DNA of 63,973 bases, the filler included, from Octopus bimaculoides (Eukaryota), in NCBI RefSeq assembly GCF_001194135.2. It is 5 parts of 5 records of this genome, joined end to end, with 100 filler letters (N's around TTAATTAATTAA, not from the genome) between each part and the next. Parts side by side here need not be neighbours in the genome. Positions count along the whole stretch, not along the records: positions 29,527 to 53,029 come from NC_068990.1; 4 more parts are not named here. The stretch is one strand, 5' to 3'. Each line of letters begins with the position of its first letter. Position 1 is the first letter of the stretch. Shown here piece after piece: positions 37,563 to 53,029 of the stretch. The translations under genes and the position numbers were made by a program. The notes below the pieces were generated by a model. That model saw only the letters and a program-made list of their open reading frames with translations, did not search any database and was not told the origin of the DNA.

Positions 37563-40500
37563 CTTTCACACACATACACACACATTCACGCACACACATA
37601 CACACTCACACACGCACGCACGCACACACATACACTTACACACACACACATACACATACACATAAACTGAGACACACACATATACACATATATACTAGTA
37701 ACTGTAAATGTGATCTTTGGTTATAGGAAATTTATTATGTAATGTATTATATAATTAAATCAAAATTAGAATTATTAAATTTTAGAAATAATCGGACATT
37801 GAAATGTTTCCATAAACACAAAAGAATGCTTTAATTACAATTGCTTTTCTGATGATCTAATAAGCATAAGTTTTGTATATTATTTTGACATATATTAATA
37901 GCGAAATAACTAAATGTCGTGCCGTAGAATGTCTATATATTTCATTCTTTTGTAAATGTCTATACTGCGAATTTCTTTGTAACTTTCATTTTGTGTGCAT
38001 TCATTTATTAGATATATTATCACAGTTGACTTTGAATTTTCCCCGTTTTGGTTTACCTTGATAACATTGTATAAGCATAAAGTTCTCGGATATATTGATT
38101 TGACTGTCATTTTTCTCTTTTTTTCTATAGAAACGATGGGCGGTAATATTTGGTGTAGTCATCAAATAAAGATATGCTTTTCTGTATTCTTGTTCATGTC
38201 GTTATATATATACATATATATACATGCATAAACTCATTCTCATGAATCGGTGCCTACACGTATGTGCGCCCGACACCTTCTACCCACTTCACAATTCTGA
38301 ATTCTTGAATATTTAAGAAGATAAGTAAAACCATAAACCCTTACCTGTGAAAATACGAAATTTATGACATAGAGTTACAGCATTTACTTTATGAAAATTT
38401 TGAATAGTGATTTCCAAATTATTCCTAAACTGTTTCTGCGTATATGATGGGATAACGAATTATAGGGAGTTTATAAAAGTAAGGATAATGTGAATTAAGT
38501 GGTTATTTAAGATAGTGGTCCGGTGAAAAGGGTGGAGCAGAGATATGTAATGTAACAAACACTAGTTTTATTTATTATAAACTGTAAAGTGTTGGAAAGT
38601 TTTAAAAGTCGAATTCTTGTGCATTTCAACATTCAGAACATAATAAAATGGAACTCTTAGCAGTATAAGATCAACTCTTGTAGTATTGTTTGCCCAGAAA
38701 ATGTAGTTATTTATATCTTGAAAATTTAGCTTCACGCAGGCGGTTTCTCATCTGTTGGAAAGTTTGCAACAACCCAAATATTGTAATTCATAAATTTACG
38801 GTATTTTTAGCTGATCAACAGATTGTAAAGAACTTTCGTCTGTGGCCAGTGGATTTAGGCACTTATGTTACAGAGTCATCGTATTTAGAGAGATTATTAT
38901 AAGGGAGATAGTATAGCACATGCATGCAGGTAATATGTATAACGAAAATTATTTTGCTTATGATATTCTTTTAAATGCTCAAACACATTGTTTTATGAAT
39001 ACTGTTTCTATGGAGGAAGGTACCATGTTTCCTGCTCAATTTGCACATAATTTCTAATAATTACTCTTGGCAAGACATCTGACCGGGAGTCATATTCCGA
39101 ATTCTATTATTTCTCACTGAAACATGCATTTTACATCGAAACTGTAGAATAATTTAGCGCTATTTTTCTTCAAACCAACGATACTAATACTCAAAAATGC
39201 TTCTTTCTATCAGACTGAAACAGTCCGTTTCACGGTTCAGTCTGAATCGTCGGCACACTCTAAATCGCTATCTCCAGGATCTTTGGAAATATGCTGCAAT
39301 GTGTTCCAACCTCAACAATATAGACGTACCAAATTCACAGGTATATCTGTAAGAGATGCAAAACAATTGTTAACAAGCAATTTTCCATACTCCCATCCCC
39401 TTTTCTTTTTCAACGAACACTAAACTAATATCACTTTAGAAGACGAAATAGCTAATGCAGACACTATCTTGTGATGAATATTTCCAGTTAGTTTACGCCT
39501 TTGTAGCTTGTACAATGAGGGCTCTCCTAGTTACCCGCCATGAGACCAAGTGTAATCAAAGGCTTGATTAGTTACCTTATGCATAATTTTCTACCTGTAC
39601 ATTAGCATATACCTCTGGTGCCGCGTCTAACAACACTCAAACTAATTCTGCTTATACCACTTCGTCATTACTTTCATCCTCCTGCAATCAGGTGTTATCA
39701 ATATGCAACTCAGACATGAGCTTAGTCAGTTTCTCATAACTTCAAAAATTGAAAACGAAAATGTGTTCATAGTAATTTAGTCTTTGATTTTTTCTTAACT
39801 ATTAACAAACCTAATCAATGTAAGTGCATTGTCTTATGCATCGCTTCTCATAACGGTTTTGCTATTTTCTTCATATGATTGTTAGCGTGGAATGAGTTCA
39901 TAGCAAAACTGAATAAGGCATGCGAAGTTGTCAATTCAGTGTCAAGTCGTTTGCAGGATGTAAATGTGTGTGGCGTAGGTTGTGTTACTTTAGATGGTTG
40001 TGTTACATTGCTCCCTGTTTAGTCGAAACCTACACACTGAGGGGGATGGCTTTAAAGTAGTACTGTTCACAAACCAGCAATAGTGTACCCATGAAACTAT
40101 CGATGACGTTACTTGTCTGTATTCTATTGAATAATAGGATTTAATATAACGAAAGTAATTGCTTGGGAGTTTTAGGTAATTACTTTAAAGGAATTCACAT
40201 TAATTATTAATGTAATTTCACATTAATATTCTGTATTAATGAGTTCTTTAAATAGGAACTCATTAATACATACAGGCCAATATTGTATGACATAAATCAG
40301 CATCTAAATAATTAATCTTAAAGCCGCTCAGTTGTGAAAATAGACACATTTTCGTTACAAATTCACAGAGGATGTAAAATGAAACTATACATTTCGTTCA
40401 TATCTTAGATTATTGACCATTATTGAAGCGAATTTATTTCAGTTTTGGATGCAAATTAGAGCATGGGAAATAAAAGTACAAGAAACAATACAGCTTTCCC

Positions 40501-42652
40501 TTGTTTGGGTTTGAAGGAAAACTACCCGAGGCTGAGTAAAGTATTATATTACCGAAAAATTATCGCAGGGAATTGGTGATAGATATATCGTTTTCAAAAC
40601 TATATACATCTAACTAAAATATAATTTCATGTCATATTACAGCTCAAATGAATGAATGTAGATATCTTGATATATTTACATCTATTGATTAATATATATA
40701 TTTAGTATACATATACCTAATATATATATATATTAAATATATATACATTAAATTTAGTCTGGCATACTAAAAGATGGATTGTATGGCAAGCAATATAAAA
40801 ATCTAGTGGGCTGACTCTGAGTGAAACAGTTAGATATCCAAAGCCACGGTTAGCCTTGCTTGGAGTTCCAACCTGAATATATGCTGATGGTTGCTTCTCA
40901 TAGGACCATCAGGGAAACTTGTCTAAGGGTTCTGCCTCCACAGTACTCAAAAGGATAGTGGGATGTGAATAGCGCACAGTGACACCAATTATTAATAAAA
41001 CTCTCTAAATTTACATTTTTCAACAAGAAACAATGTAGGGTAGTACATAAAAATATTAATGCTAAATTTTACTACAAGATATATTTACAGAATTCTAGAA
41101 AAGCCTCTGAAAAGGCAGATATGAAAGCCTTGTTTTTCTATACAATATGATTTTATATTTAATGTATTTATATGTTAATTCATCTATAAAGATGAGTTAA
41201 ATACATGTTTCAAACTGCAACCTAAGAATAGATCAACTTCCAAGACCATTCCATAGACTTCCTTTCAGGCACCTACAAATCTTCTGTAAGCATAATGCGA
41301 GATTACATATACGAATAAGCAAACTTTTCACGTATAATTTTAATAGATGTTCTGTGATTATATTTGCGGTGCCAATACTCAAGTAGACCGACTAAAACTG
41401 ACTTTTCCAGGTTGTATTTGCAGGAATCCACAATCGAGTTCAAATCAATTATGTACGAAACTGAAATCTAATCTGTCACACACAAACACACTCACATAAA
41501 CATATATGAATGTACTGATAAAATTAATATGGCGTAAAGAAATTATATACTACGTGTATATTGCTAATAATTCATTGCACCAATTTCCAACATAAATGGT
41601 GGCGGTAGACCATGTTGCATTGAGAAAATAAAGAAGAAAACATATCGATGTATATACTTAAGCAGCAGATCAAAGTTGCAGGAAGATATGGTGTGTAAGA
41701 GTTATTTTTTTGTTTATTACTTTTAAACAATGAATGGAGTGGCCTACACCAAAATAACAGGTGTATGGGTGATATATTATGAAAATTGAAATATGCTGTT
41801 GATTACATATCCCCACTGTATAGCTTCACCAATTCATTTAACACATACTTACAGTATATGCAGATGTCTTCTGATAGATTATACATATAATTGAAAGATC
41901 TAACCTTGTTAAATATCATGTCACATAAATTCAGCTTGAGAATTACACTCAGGATACGTATATTTGTTTAATAGGTAGCCAATTATTCGTTAATTTAAGG
42001 AATAATTGATTTTAGTTGAACGGATGACTGAATGCGCATCGTCGAAAGCGACCTATGATCTCTTAGATTTTGCTTATAAAATATAATAGATAAATAAAAC
42101 AGAATACGAATCCATGTTATTAGAGGAATTAGATCTAGAAGGTAGCTTCTAGGTTAGGCTAATATTTACAAAATAGTTTACGTTATCTGCCATAGACCTC
42201 CTGGTAAGAAATTACATGAATCGAGGAAGTGTGAAATTACGTTGCCTGTTGGTTAACTATTTCCAAAGATAATGTATGTTTAATGAAGTAGGATAGCCTC
42301 AAGCAGAGAGGAAACCCGGGTTAAGAAAATCGGATGTACATTTTCTAGGTTAAATTAGGGCTATTCTGTGGAGTGAATGTACGAATTTTGTAGAATGATG
42401 TTGCATGCGTCCATTTCGGTGGTAGACCTGAGTAAACTCACACACACTCACACTAACACCCGTACAAAGAAACACACACACATACACACATGTAGCGCGC
42501 ACACACGCACAAACGCACACGTACACACGTACACGCACACCCGTACGCACACAAACACCCACACAACTTTCTAGCTATCTCTCTCTCTCACTTTCTTCCT
42601 CTGAATACTCACACACACACACACACAAGCACACATATATACATACATACAT

Positions 42653-42704
<52 letters not shown>

Positions 42705-42762
42705 NNNNNNNNNNNNNNNNNNNNNNNNNNNNNNNNNNNNNNNNNNNNNNNNNNNNNNNNNN

Positions 42763-42813
<51 letters not shown>

Positions 42814-42941
42814 ATATACACACACAAACTGTTCGAATATGCGACAAGCATATTTGAATTGATAACAAGTCTGTATGTGTGTGTGTTTGTGTGTGTATGC
42901 GTGCATATGTATGTTCTACTACTCATGCTATCTTGAATATA

Positions 42942-44173
42942 CAGTGTGCGAGGGGTATTTGAGGAAGTTTTTGTGTACAATAAAACAACTATATTTTCCT
43001 ATAAAAAATATATATTTGAATAAGCATTTGTGTTGATAAGGATTTTTAAGCAAATTTAAGCAAATTCTATGAAACCACCTTCGGATTCGACGATTGTTTC
43101 ACTACGGGATCGAAACCGCTGGCATGTTGACACTATCTTGTCCTGATTCATTTCGGACATCACCTGGAAAATGGTGGCCTTCAGTGAAGCTATGGTATTA
43201 TGAGGATGAACATTAGACTCCGTTTCAGCAATGCTCCACACGTAGTAGTCCTTCGGGTTCATATCTGGCGACTTTGGAGGTCACATACAGAGTGTTGCAT
43301 AATCGGAAACATACTCTGACAACCATTCTTGGGTGACTAGGGCTTTGTGAGAAGGTACTGAGTCTTGTTAAAACACATATGGCCTTCTATTCCATATTTC
43401 ATCAGTCCAGGGCTTGATAACAGTTTCAAATCCCTCAATGTATCCAGCAGCATTAATTCTAAGACCTTGTGGTAAAAAGTGGGAAGGCACCACATGACCT
43501 TCGCTGCTCATCACTCCTAAAACTATCACAGTTGCTGGAAATTTCGTGTGCATCACTCTGGGTACTTCAGAAGGATCTGCGCATGGCCACCTAACATTTC
43601 TTCTGTTAGACTTTTGTTTCTGGTCAAAGTTTTTTTCGTCAGAGAAAAACCAAAGCATACTTTGTTCATGAGGGTTTTTCACTTTGCTAAGTAATAGTTT
43701 TGAATGGATGAGACGGTTTTCCTGTGTCTTTCCAGACATTACATGGGACTTGGCTTGTACCGAATGTCACGATGTACCACTGTTCTAATAGTCCACTCTG
43801 ACACCCTAAATTCTTTAGTAATATGCCTCATTGATCCTCTGGGGTTTTCATCGATAATGTTTTGAACATGTGGTATAAATTCCGGTGTTCTTTTAGTGTC
43901 TGAACGTTGTGAATGTTTTTTCTTCTGTGACACAGGTGAAACATCACCATCACATGCCTCCAATTCCAACCGAACTTTGTATTCAAATGATCTTGTAACA
44001 TTTAGAAAGTTGCTAATTTCTAAATCCCTGTGTAGCAACTATGACTACATGTCTTTCCATTCCTTCATTTAGCATATCTTGAAAAGTTTATCCGAAAAAA
44101 AAATGTTGCATTAACTAATTTGAATGCGTAATTAACTAAAAACGAAATGCTCTCAAATACACCACACACTCTG
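42942..44173 (-). mobile_element. Tc1/mariner-superfamily transposon, DD37D (maT)-like, full length but inactive
   Basis: 22-bp TIRs (18/22 match) with TA on both sides; WFFSDEKNF, KFPATV.VLGV.SSEG and SPDMNPKDYYVWS. Frameshifts present. The subfamily call rests on motif style. Confidence 0.85.
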
Positions 44174-44229
44174 TATTACGAGGTAGGAAAATGTGCTTTG
44201 ACATCGAGATTAATTCTTAGAGGTTGATA

Positions 44230-44765
44230 GGCGCAGGTGTAGCTGAGTGATAAGAAGCTTGCTTCCCAGCCACATAGTTCCGGGTTCAGTCCCACTGCGT
44301 GACACCTTGGGCGAATGCCTTCTACTATAGCCTCGGGCTCAGCAAAATCTTATGAGTTGATTTGGCAGATGGGAACTGAAAGAAGCTCGTCGTATATNNN
44401 NNNNNNNNNNNNNNNNNNNNNNNNNNNNNNNNNNNNNNNNNNNNNNNNNNNNNNNNNNNNNNNNNNNNNNNNNNNNNNNNNNNNNNNNNNNNNNNNNNNN
44501 NNNNNNNNNNNNNNNNNNNNNNNNNNNNNNNNNNNNNNNNNNNNNNNNNNNNNNNNNNNNNNNTTGTACATCCGCCATCGCTTGACAATCGATGCTGGTG
44601 AGTTTATGTCCCTGTAACCAAGCGGTGCAGCAAAAGAGAATGATAGTAAGTGCTAGGTTTACAAAGAATAAGTCCTAGTGTCGATTTCTTCAACTAAAAC
44701 CCTTTAAGGTGGTGCTCCAGCATGGCCGCAGTCAGATGTCTGAAACAAGTAAAAAAATAAAAGTA
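44230..44765 (+). mobile_element. tRNA-derived SINE spanning a gap
   Basis: GTAGCTGAGTG (A-box-like), GGTTCAGTCCC (B-box-like), and a tail ggtggtgctccagcatggccgcag...aaaaaaataaaag. Confidence 0.75.
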
Positions 44766-44774
44766 TAAAATAAT

Positions 44775-44818
<44 letters not shown>

Positions 44819-47129
44819 CATTTTACAAGGCTGTATTGTAAATGAAACATAGTTGGAGCTGAGGCATATATTTGAAAGGAAAACTTAGATTCATTTTAGT
44901 AGAGGATTCGTCTTTGACTAGAAACATATGTATTTATTGTTGTTGTATAGCACAATGTCAGCTGTAATCAAGTAGGCCTTTGAGTAAAACTTTACAGCCC
45001 TGACTCAGCATGCATTTATGTTTGAGAGAGTATATAACCTCTACAATATAATCTGCAATGACTTTCTTTTTGAAGGTGCTTATACATATATGAAACCCTA
45101 TATCACTGGTGACTGCCAAAGTGTATCTAAGAAAGCTCCTAGGGGGATAATTATGTTGTAAAATCAAATATTACCCGCAGGAAAGGCGAGTCCGATACTA
45201 TTTGACAGGACTGGCATTTCCGGTAAAGATAAAACGTGAAAAATATAGAAATGTTTTGGTAAGAACATCACGGATCAATTTCTGGCAATTAATTGTTCTC
45301 ACCATTAAAAACTCGGTCTATGCTTCGAATTTGAAGTCCTCTCAGATGACTTAAAATTCAGTCCAACTCCACAATACATTAAAAATTAATGGAATAAGTG
45401 CCTATATATCACACTTCTGTAGCAAGAAACGTCAAACAGAAGAATTATTTGACAAAGAAAGTGACGTGTAACTTGTATGAAATAAATACAATTCAACAAA
45501 AGACGGGAACTAAACTGGTAAATTTGGTGGTCATATATTTCTAATTCCCCGTATCATGAACTATTACAAAGAGAGAAAGTTGTTGTCTGAGAGAGTCAAG
45601 CAGGAAAAAAAAAGCTAAAGAAACGAAGTCAAATCCACCAAACTTGAGGGCCAGGGTTTTGCCTATAATATCGATTACTGTATGTGAATGTTACTTTGTG
45701 GATGCAAGAATATTGAAAGCTAAATTTGATTACATGGGGTCTGCAGTCAGTATGAACAGATGAGGAAATATTCCAAGACGTTTTGTCAGAATCGCTATCG
45801 ATTCTATAAAATCACTTCTCTTGATCATGGCTGCAATACGAACACATTTAACAAAAATTAGACCCATATAGTGACGAATTCGTTTAACCAGTGGAGAAAA
45901 CGCATTTAACTATTTAAGTGCTACTACCATATACTTACTTTTGATAAACGTTTCACAAAAAATGGCGAATATAAAAAAGAAATTTCCAGTTGACACCAAA
46001 AATAGAGTTTTAGCAAAGAGCGAAGAATGAAAAGTATTGATATCGGGAATTCATTTACGAGTCTTAATGGAAGATTTAAGCCAAGGATTAAAATGGAGCC
46101 CTGAAAGTATAAACTGCAGTTCATGATATTGGAGAATGAAGCTATTCTACATTACCTTTTATGTCAACGAGCAACATTATCCGCAGTAACAATACACACG
46201 CATTTTGTTATTAATAGATTCACTTTTTTTCTTTCGCTTCCTACTGATAACACCTTTGGCGTCGACATTTCGTGTCAATAAAAACCAACACTAAAAACTG
46301 TTCTTGAATTTCTAATATTATACTGAAGCTCATGCGATATACATGCTCTAAAAATACGGTATCTGTTTAACTTCACTTATATTATTAATACTAAGAATGA
46401 AACTCATATCTATTTTACTTGAAGACAGTACATTTAAAAACCTAATGAAGAGTAGTTGGAATACATCATCATATATAGGGAAATTTTGAAATTCTGTATA
46501 TTGTCTAAGTACCTTTTGTTTGGAGGTTTTGATAGTCGATGACCATTAGTTATTAGTGAGCTGCAAAGTGACAATGAAATTAAGAGTCCAGCAGATGGGT
46601 AGCAACTTTTAGCACAACTATTACTTGTTTTTCGGTTCTTGTCTAATGACAGTCGATATTAATGTCTCCAGAACTATGTCTTTTTAACCCAAGAATCGAA
46701 AAACAGTTTGCACATGACTGGCAGACATATGCTCGAAGTTACATAATAATCATAATACTTGCAGATGGAATATACAAAGATCTTGGGCATGCAACCGCTA
46801 AACAGTCACGCGGAAATATTACAATAAGCCCGGTTACCACCATGAAGACAAGGTTGGCAAAAGCTGTTCATATAGTAGATATGTGTTATAGTAGATAATG
46901 CTAGAGATTTAAACGTCTGAAGGAATAGAGAAGGAAGAATAAGAACAAAAGACAATATATGCGATGTAGGAAGGAGAATGTGAGGTAGAAAGGAAGAGGT
47001 GGAAAGTAGGGATAGGTTCGAGGATTTGTATGGCATAGGGAGGAATGAACTAACGTAGTATAGATGAAAGAGAGAGAAAAAGGGGAAGATAAAGTTAAAG
47101 TTAGTGTGATGAAAGGGAGCGGCACTTGT

Positions 47130-47400
47130 TGAGGCAATCTCACTAAGAAGACATTAAAATAGACTTCTCTTTATCGTTGCCTTTGAACTGCGTCTCAAAG
47201 ATTTTCTGTCCCTGGGAATTTTGTTTGTCGGCATGCTGACCTTTCTTTCTGGGGTATATTTAGTGCATGTAACTTGCATTGTTGACATAAACTGACTAAG
47301 CTTCAAGTCAATGTCTGACATAGATAGAATGTTGGACCAGTTTCGTTTGTGGATCGCTTTGCAATGAACGAAAGAAACAGAGGTGCAGTGGCGGAAGAGG
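47130..47400 (-). mobile_element. Old APE-type LINE fragment (linker between endonuclease and RT)
   Basis: Open frame NWSNILSMSDIDLKLSQFMSTMQVTCTKYTPERK resembles LINE post-endonuclease linkers. Confidence 0.45.
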
Positions 47401-47945
47401 CGGGTATGCTGAGACAGGGCAAATGATACTAGGAGAATGTAGACTGAAAATTCAGCTAGTATAGCTAAGTAATAAGCGAGAATTTAGCCACAATTATACG
47501 AAATCATTAAGAATTTACATAATGGGCAAAACGGGAATAAAATTTATGCCTACACAAGAAGATTACGCCCGATAACATATTGCGTCACGAACTATCATGA
47601 CGGCGAAAAATAGCAAGCGATTCCCTGCAACACCACTGATAAATACAGTGGTTGGTGTCGAATAGGAATACCCAATTTACTACGGACCAGGACAAAGTAT
47701 AGAGAATATTCTGGGACTTGAAGTGGTGCATGTACATAGCTAGGCGGGTAATAAATTTAGAGGGCCCACTTGAGAATTAATTCAGGTGAGCGCGGTAGCG
47801 GCACTTGCAATCAACAGAACCACCAATGTAGACATATGTATATATATATATATAACTTTTATAAGGAATATTCTAAAAGAATATGTAACTGAACTTATAT
47901 TGAGTGCTATATTATTTTAAGCAAATAAATATATATATATATGTG

Positions 47946-48034
47946 TTTTTATATTATTAATAAATTCATAAACCTATCAATAATATTCTCAGAATATTAT
48001 TGATAGGTTTATGAATTTATTAATAATATAAAAA
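47946..48034. repeat. Perfect palindrome, 44-bp arms with a 1-nt spacer
   Basis: 47946-47989 is the exact reverse complement of 47991-48034. Confidence 0.9.
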
Positions 48035-48072
<38 letters not shown>

Positions 48073-48353
48073 CTTATAAGGTGTACATATATGCACACTG
48101 CTGTAATGTCTAGATATGTGCATAATGCTGTAATGTATGCATATATATACACACTACTATGTATATAGGTATATACATATATACCTACATTGCACTGTAG
48201 GACGGACATGTGCACGGACCCGTAGCCCGCGCTGTATATCACTACGATGCATGTATACGTTACGTAATTCTTACATTTTTCGAAACAATGATGATTTTAT
48301 AATATTTTTAGTAATGAAATGGGACTCTGATAACATACTAGTAATTTCACACA

Positions 48354-48413
<60 letters not shown>

Positions 48414-48479
48414 TATATTTATATATGTATGTATGTGTGCGCGCGTGTATGTATGTATGTATGTATGTATGTATGTATG

Positions 48480-48515
<36 letters not shown>

Positions 48516-48517
48516 CA

Positions 48518-48562
<45 letters not shown>

Positions 48563-48667
48563 NNNNNNNNNNNNNNNNNNNNNNNNNNNNNNNNNNNNNN
48601 NNNNNNNNNNNNNNNNNNNNNNNNNNNNNNNNNNNNNNNNNNNNNNNNNNNNNNNNNNNNNNNNNNN

Positions 48668-48718
<51 letters not shown>

Positions 48719-50395
48719 GGTATATATTATAATTTATAAGTAAAAGAAGCCGAAATTCATCATCACCAACATGCTTTCTTTCAGACCTTAAACGAGATTC
48801 AATACAAATAAACTTTTCTCATAGGCGATGATAGCAATGCTAAAAGAAAATTGATTTGCGCTATCTTTATGTGAACATTTAGCTAGAGCAAAACAAAATT
48901 TAAAAGCAGTGAAGATATCAAATACTATTTTCATTTTGTTCGAGGTTTGCTATTTCTAAAAATAATGACAGAGAACATTTCAATTCCATTCTATGGCTGC
49001 ACAAAAAGAATAATTTTCATCGAGAAAATGTTTCTGAATGGGTTCACACACACATACACACGGACGAACGCATGTATTTAAAGACAGGTAGGTGTGTTAT
49101 GTGTTCTACATTATTGTTATGCCGAGTGATGAGAGATACAGAACATTAATGATTATATAAATATCTAAAAAACAAAGAAAAAATGTCTTTCTGGTGATAA
49201 AGTCTGTGCTATGTTTGAAAAATCTTTAAAAAGAAATATATGTGAAATTCGGGCTGCCTTCAATTTAACAATGTACATACATTCAGATGTATGTATGTAT
49301 GTATGTATGTATGTATGCATGTATGTATGTATGTATGAATGTATGTATGTATGTTTGTATGTATGTATGTATGTATGTATGTATGCTTACATACACACAC
49401 ACAGACATATATAATAACTTCTAGTACAACCTCGTGTCGACTAAAGGTTTGTGAGTGATTTCCATAGAGGGGAACCGAAAGAAACCCGTCATCATATATA
49501 TGTGTATGTATATACATAGGTACACACACANNNNNNNNNNNNNNNNNNNNNNNNNNNNNNNNNNNNNNNNNNNNNNNNNNNNNNNNNNNNNNNNNNNNNN
49601 NNNNNNNNNNNNNNNNNNNNNNNNNNNNNNNNNNNNNNNNNNNNNNNNNNNNNNNNNNNNNNNNNNNNNNNNNNNNNNNNNNNNNNNNNNNNNNNNNNNN
49701 NNNNNNNNNNNNNNNNNNNNNNNNNNNNNNNNNNNNNNNNNNNNNNNNNNNNNNNNNNNNNNNNNNNNNNNNNNNNNNNNNNNNNNNNNNNNNNNNNNNN
49801 NNNNNNNNNNNNNNNNNNNNNNNNNNNNNNNNNNNNNNNNNNNNNNNNNNNNNNNNNNNNNNNNNNNNNNNNNNNNNNNNNNNNNNNNNNNNNNNNNNNN
49901 NNNNNNNNNNNNNNNNNNNNNNNNNNNNNNNNNNNNNNNNNNNNNNNNNNNNNNNNNNNNNNNNNNNNNNNNNNNNNNNNNNNNNNNNNNNNNNNNNNNN
50001 NNNNNNNNNNNNNNNNNNNNNNNNNNNNNNNNNNNNNNNNNNNNNNNNNNNNNNNNNNNNNNNNNNNNNNNNNNNNNNNNNNNNNNNNNNNNNNNNNNNN
50101 NNNNNNNNNNNNNNNNNNNNNNNNNNNNNNNNNNNNNNNNNNNNNNNNNNNNNNNNNNNNNNNNNNNNNNNNNNNNNNNNNNNNNNNNNNNNNNNNNNNN
50201 NNNNNNNNNNNNNNNNNNNNNNNNNNNNNNNNNNNNTGTGTGTGTGTGTGTGTGTGTGTGTGTTTTGTTCTATTGTCCACCAGGAGTACCTGACAATCAG
50301 TGCTTACGTCTCCTTAACTTAGCGGCTCGGCTAAAAGGACGATAGAACAACGCTCAGGTTTAAAACATTTTTTCAATGATATGTATGTTCGGCAA

Positions 50396-50490
50396 GGAGG
50401 CGAGCTGGCAGAAACGTTAGCACGCCGGGCGAAATGCTTAGCAGAATTTCTTCTGTCTCTATGTTCTGAGTTCAAATTCTACCGAGGTAG
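50396..50490 (+). mobile_element. tRNA-derived SINE head
   Basis: ggaggcgagctggcagaaacgttagcacgccgggcgaaatgcttagc...gttctgagttcaaatt. Confidence 0.75.
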
Positions 50491-51271
50491 AATATATATA
50501 TATATTCAACACACTAAATTTATGTATATGCAACACACTAAATTGTATAAACTTATTTATTACATTATATAAAGCATAGGTTTTATTACACAGGTATCCC
50601 ACTTAATAAAACAATACATTTTTTTTTACACATATGCACCTCATTGTGACAACTACAATGGAGTGCTGTTTTTCTATCTGATATAGTGTTACTGGGAGCG
50701 CATCCAGAGGAATGTCGCTTGGCTGATTGCTACAAAAACACACACACACACACACAGACATGTTCTTGACCATTGACGTGTCGTCACCGATCTGTCGCTT
50801 TTCTATCGCAACTACAGTCGTCTCTGCCCCTTAGAGTAACTGGACACCAACATTCTCTCTTCACTCGCTTCTCCTAGTCAATTATTCCAAACCTTGCTCT
50901 CACCACTATATTTAGCCTTACAACTCCAAAACGTCGACCGTCTGGAATTCCACCACTCCTCCCATATTAGACATATCCTTTTCTAAATCGTCGAGGTACA
51001 ACTTTAATATATTATGGTATAGATATGTATTTAATATCGTTAGTGTCATATCATACGACCTTTGTTATTTTTTAGTATGTTATATCATTTATATCGTATA
51101 TGTTTTGAATATATCTTTTACATCATATAGGTTTATATGGTTTGTATGTTGGTACATGTTTATAAAATATTATCTAAATTTATGAAATAGACTTTATCTG
51201 TTTAGTAGACATAACAAAGTTATTTCCCAAATATATAGAAGGGAAAAGGAGAGAAAATAGAAAGGCTGATC

Positions 51272-51340
<69 letters not shown>

Positions 51341-51358
51341 TAGATAGAGAGAGAGAGG

Positions 51359-51392
<34 letters not shown>

Positions 51393-52968
51393 GAGCTAGA
51401 GAGGAAGAGAGAGAGGGAGAGAGAGATGGATGGGAGAGAGAGAGTGTGAGAGGGAGAGAATACTCAGTGACAGATACAGGTGAACATGTATCTATAAATA
51501 GAAATAGTAGAAGTTCCCAGTTTCTTTCGATATGTTTTGACAGATATCACAGCGGTATGGTTTGTATCTTCTATGCTTTTGTAAGTAATTAAATTATATC
51601 ATATACATTATATTGCATAAACATAGGTTATATTGTGTCGACTATATTATATGGACAATATTGTATAAACACGATATTAGACGGTATATCTATATCGATG
51701 AATTTACCTATATTTATATCTCTCTACCGATCTACTTCTCTCTCTCTTTCTATCTTGCTCTCTCTCTATCTGTCTGTCAGTCTATCCATATATGGTTTAA
51801 CATTAAAATTAAATTATGAGAGCGATATTACATAAGCACATAAACTAAATTAGATAAGCGCACGGGGTCTATAAATATAAAAGATGATAATATATAAACG
51901 GAAAGCGTAATACATAAACAGTATTATATAATATATACACGAAACAGTAGAAAACCTATATTATAATGCATAAATTCACAGAAATTAATTGTATAAAACT
52001 ATGTTTATATACATACATAGGTAATATCAAATAAATACACGAACTATATTATATGAATAATTTAATACGAATAAACACTCTCTAAAGATTAATCATGTAG
52101 ACGTTATTTATGAAACACAGCTTCTGTAAGAAACAGACTAATGATATGTTAAATATAAATAGTCATAAAATAAAAACACATTTATGATATTATGCGGACT
52201 ATATCTATATGTACACGAACAAAGACTACATTAAACAAATATTATATAAATACTAACACTATTGTTAAATGCAGATATGGACTATAACGTTTATAGACAT
52301 TAAAATTTATTAACACCGTCATACAGCGTACGTTATATAAACACGTAGCATATATTATATAAAATGTTGATTATATTATAACCGATAAATAACTTAAAAT
52401 CTGTTATATAGATTATTATATGTACATAAAATATAAAATGTCTATATTATATACATAGATAACGTGTAGTATATAGGACTACATATTGTTTTATTACATA
52501 GTCTGTGGAATATAAAACCATTTAATTTATATAGTCTATATAAACATTTAGAGGACGCTTCATAAACACGATCCTCATTATTAAAACACGTGGATCAATA
52601 TATACATAAATATAAAGTTATGTAAACAAAAAACAAACATATACGTCAGCAAAATATTCAACCTACACCAGGGGCCTACATAAGGCACATAAGAATTGAG
52701 AAACTTGAAACGACAGTTCAAGTGACAGTTCCGGCGCCCATAGCAGACAATTATCGTCTGTCAACGATATAAATATGAGTGCTTTTATGCACCAAGCATC
52801 CATATGATACGTCAATTTAAATAACGCCGTATTCGGTGTTCAAACACAACATCCACGTTAAGTTGAATATTAAGGTATGTATGTATGTATGTATGTATGT
52901 ATGTATATATGTATGTATGAATGTATTTATGTATATATGTATGCATGTGTGTATGTATGTATCTATAT

Positions 52969-53029
<61 letters not shown>

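Noticed and set aside
44230-44310. tRNA-like A/B-box sequences (also near 340-390 and 50396)
   Set aside because: No complete cloverleaf, and they continue into repeated SINE bodies, so they are not tRNA genes.
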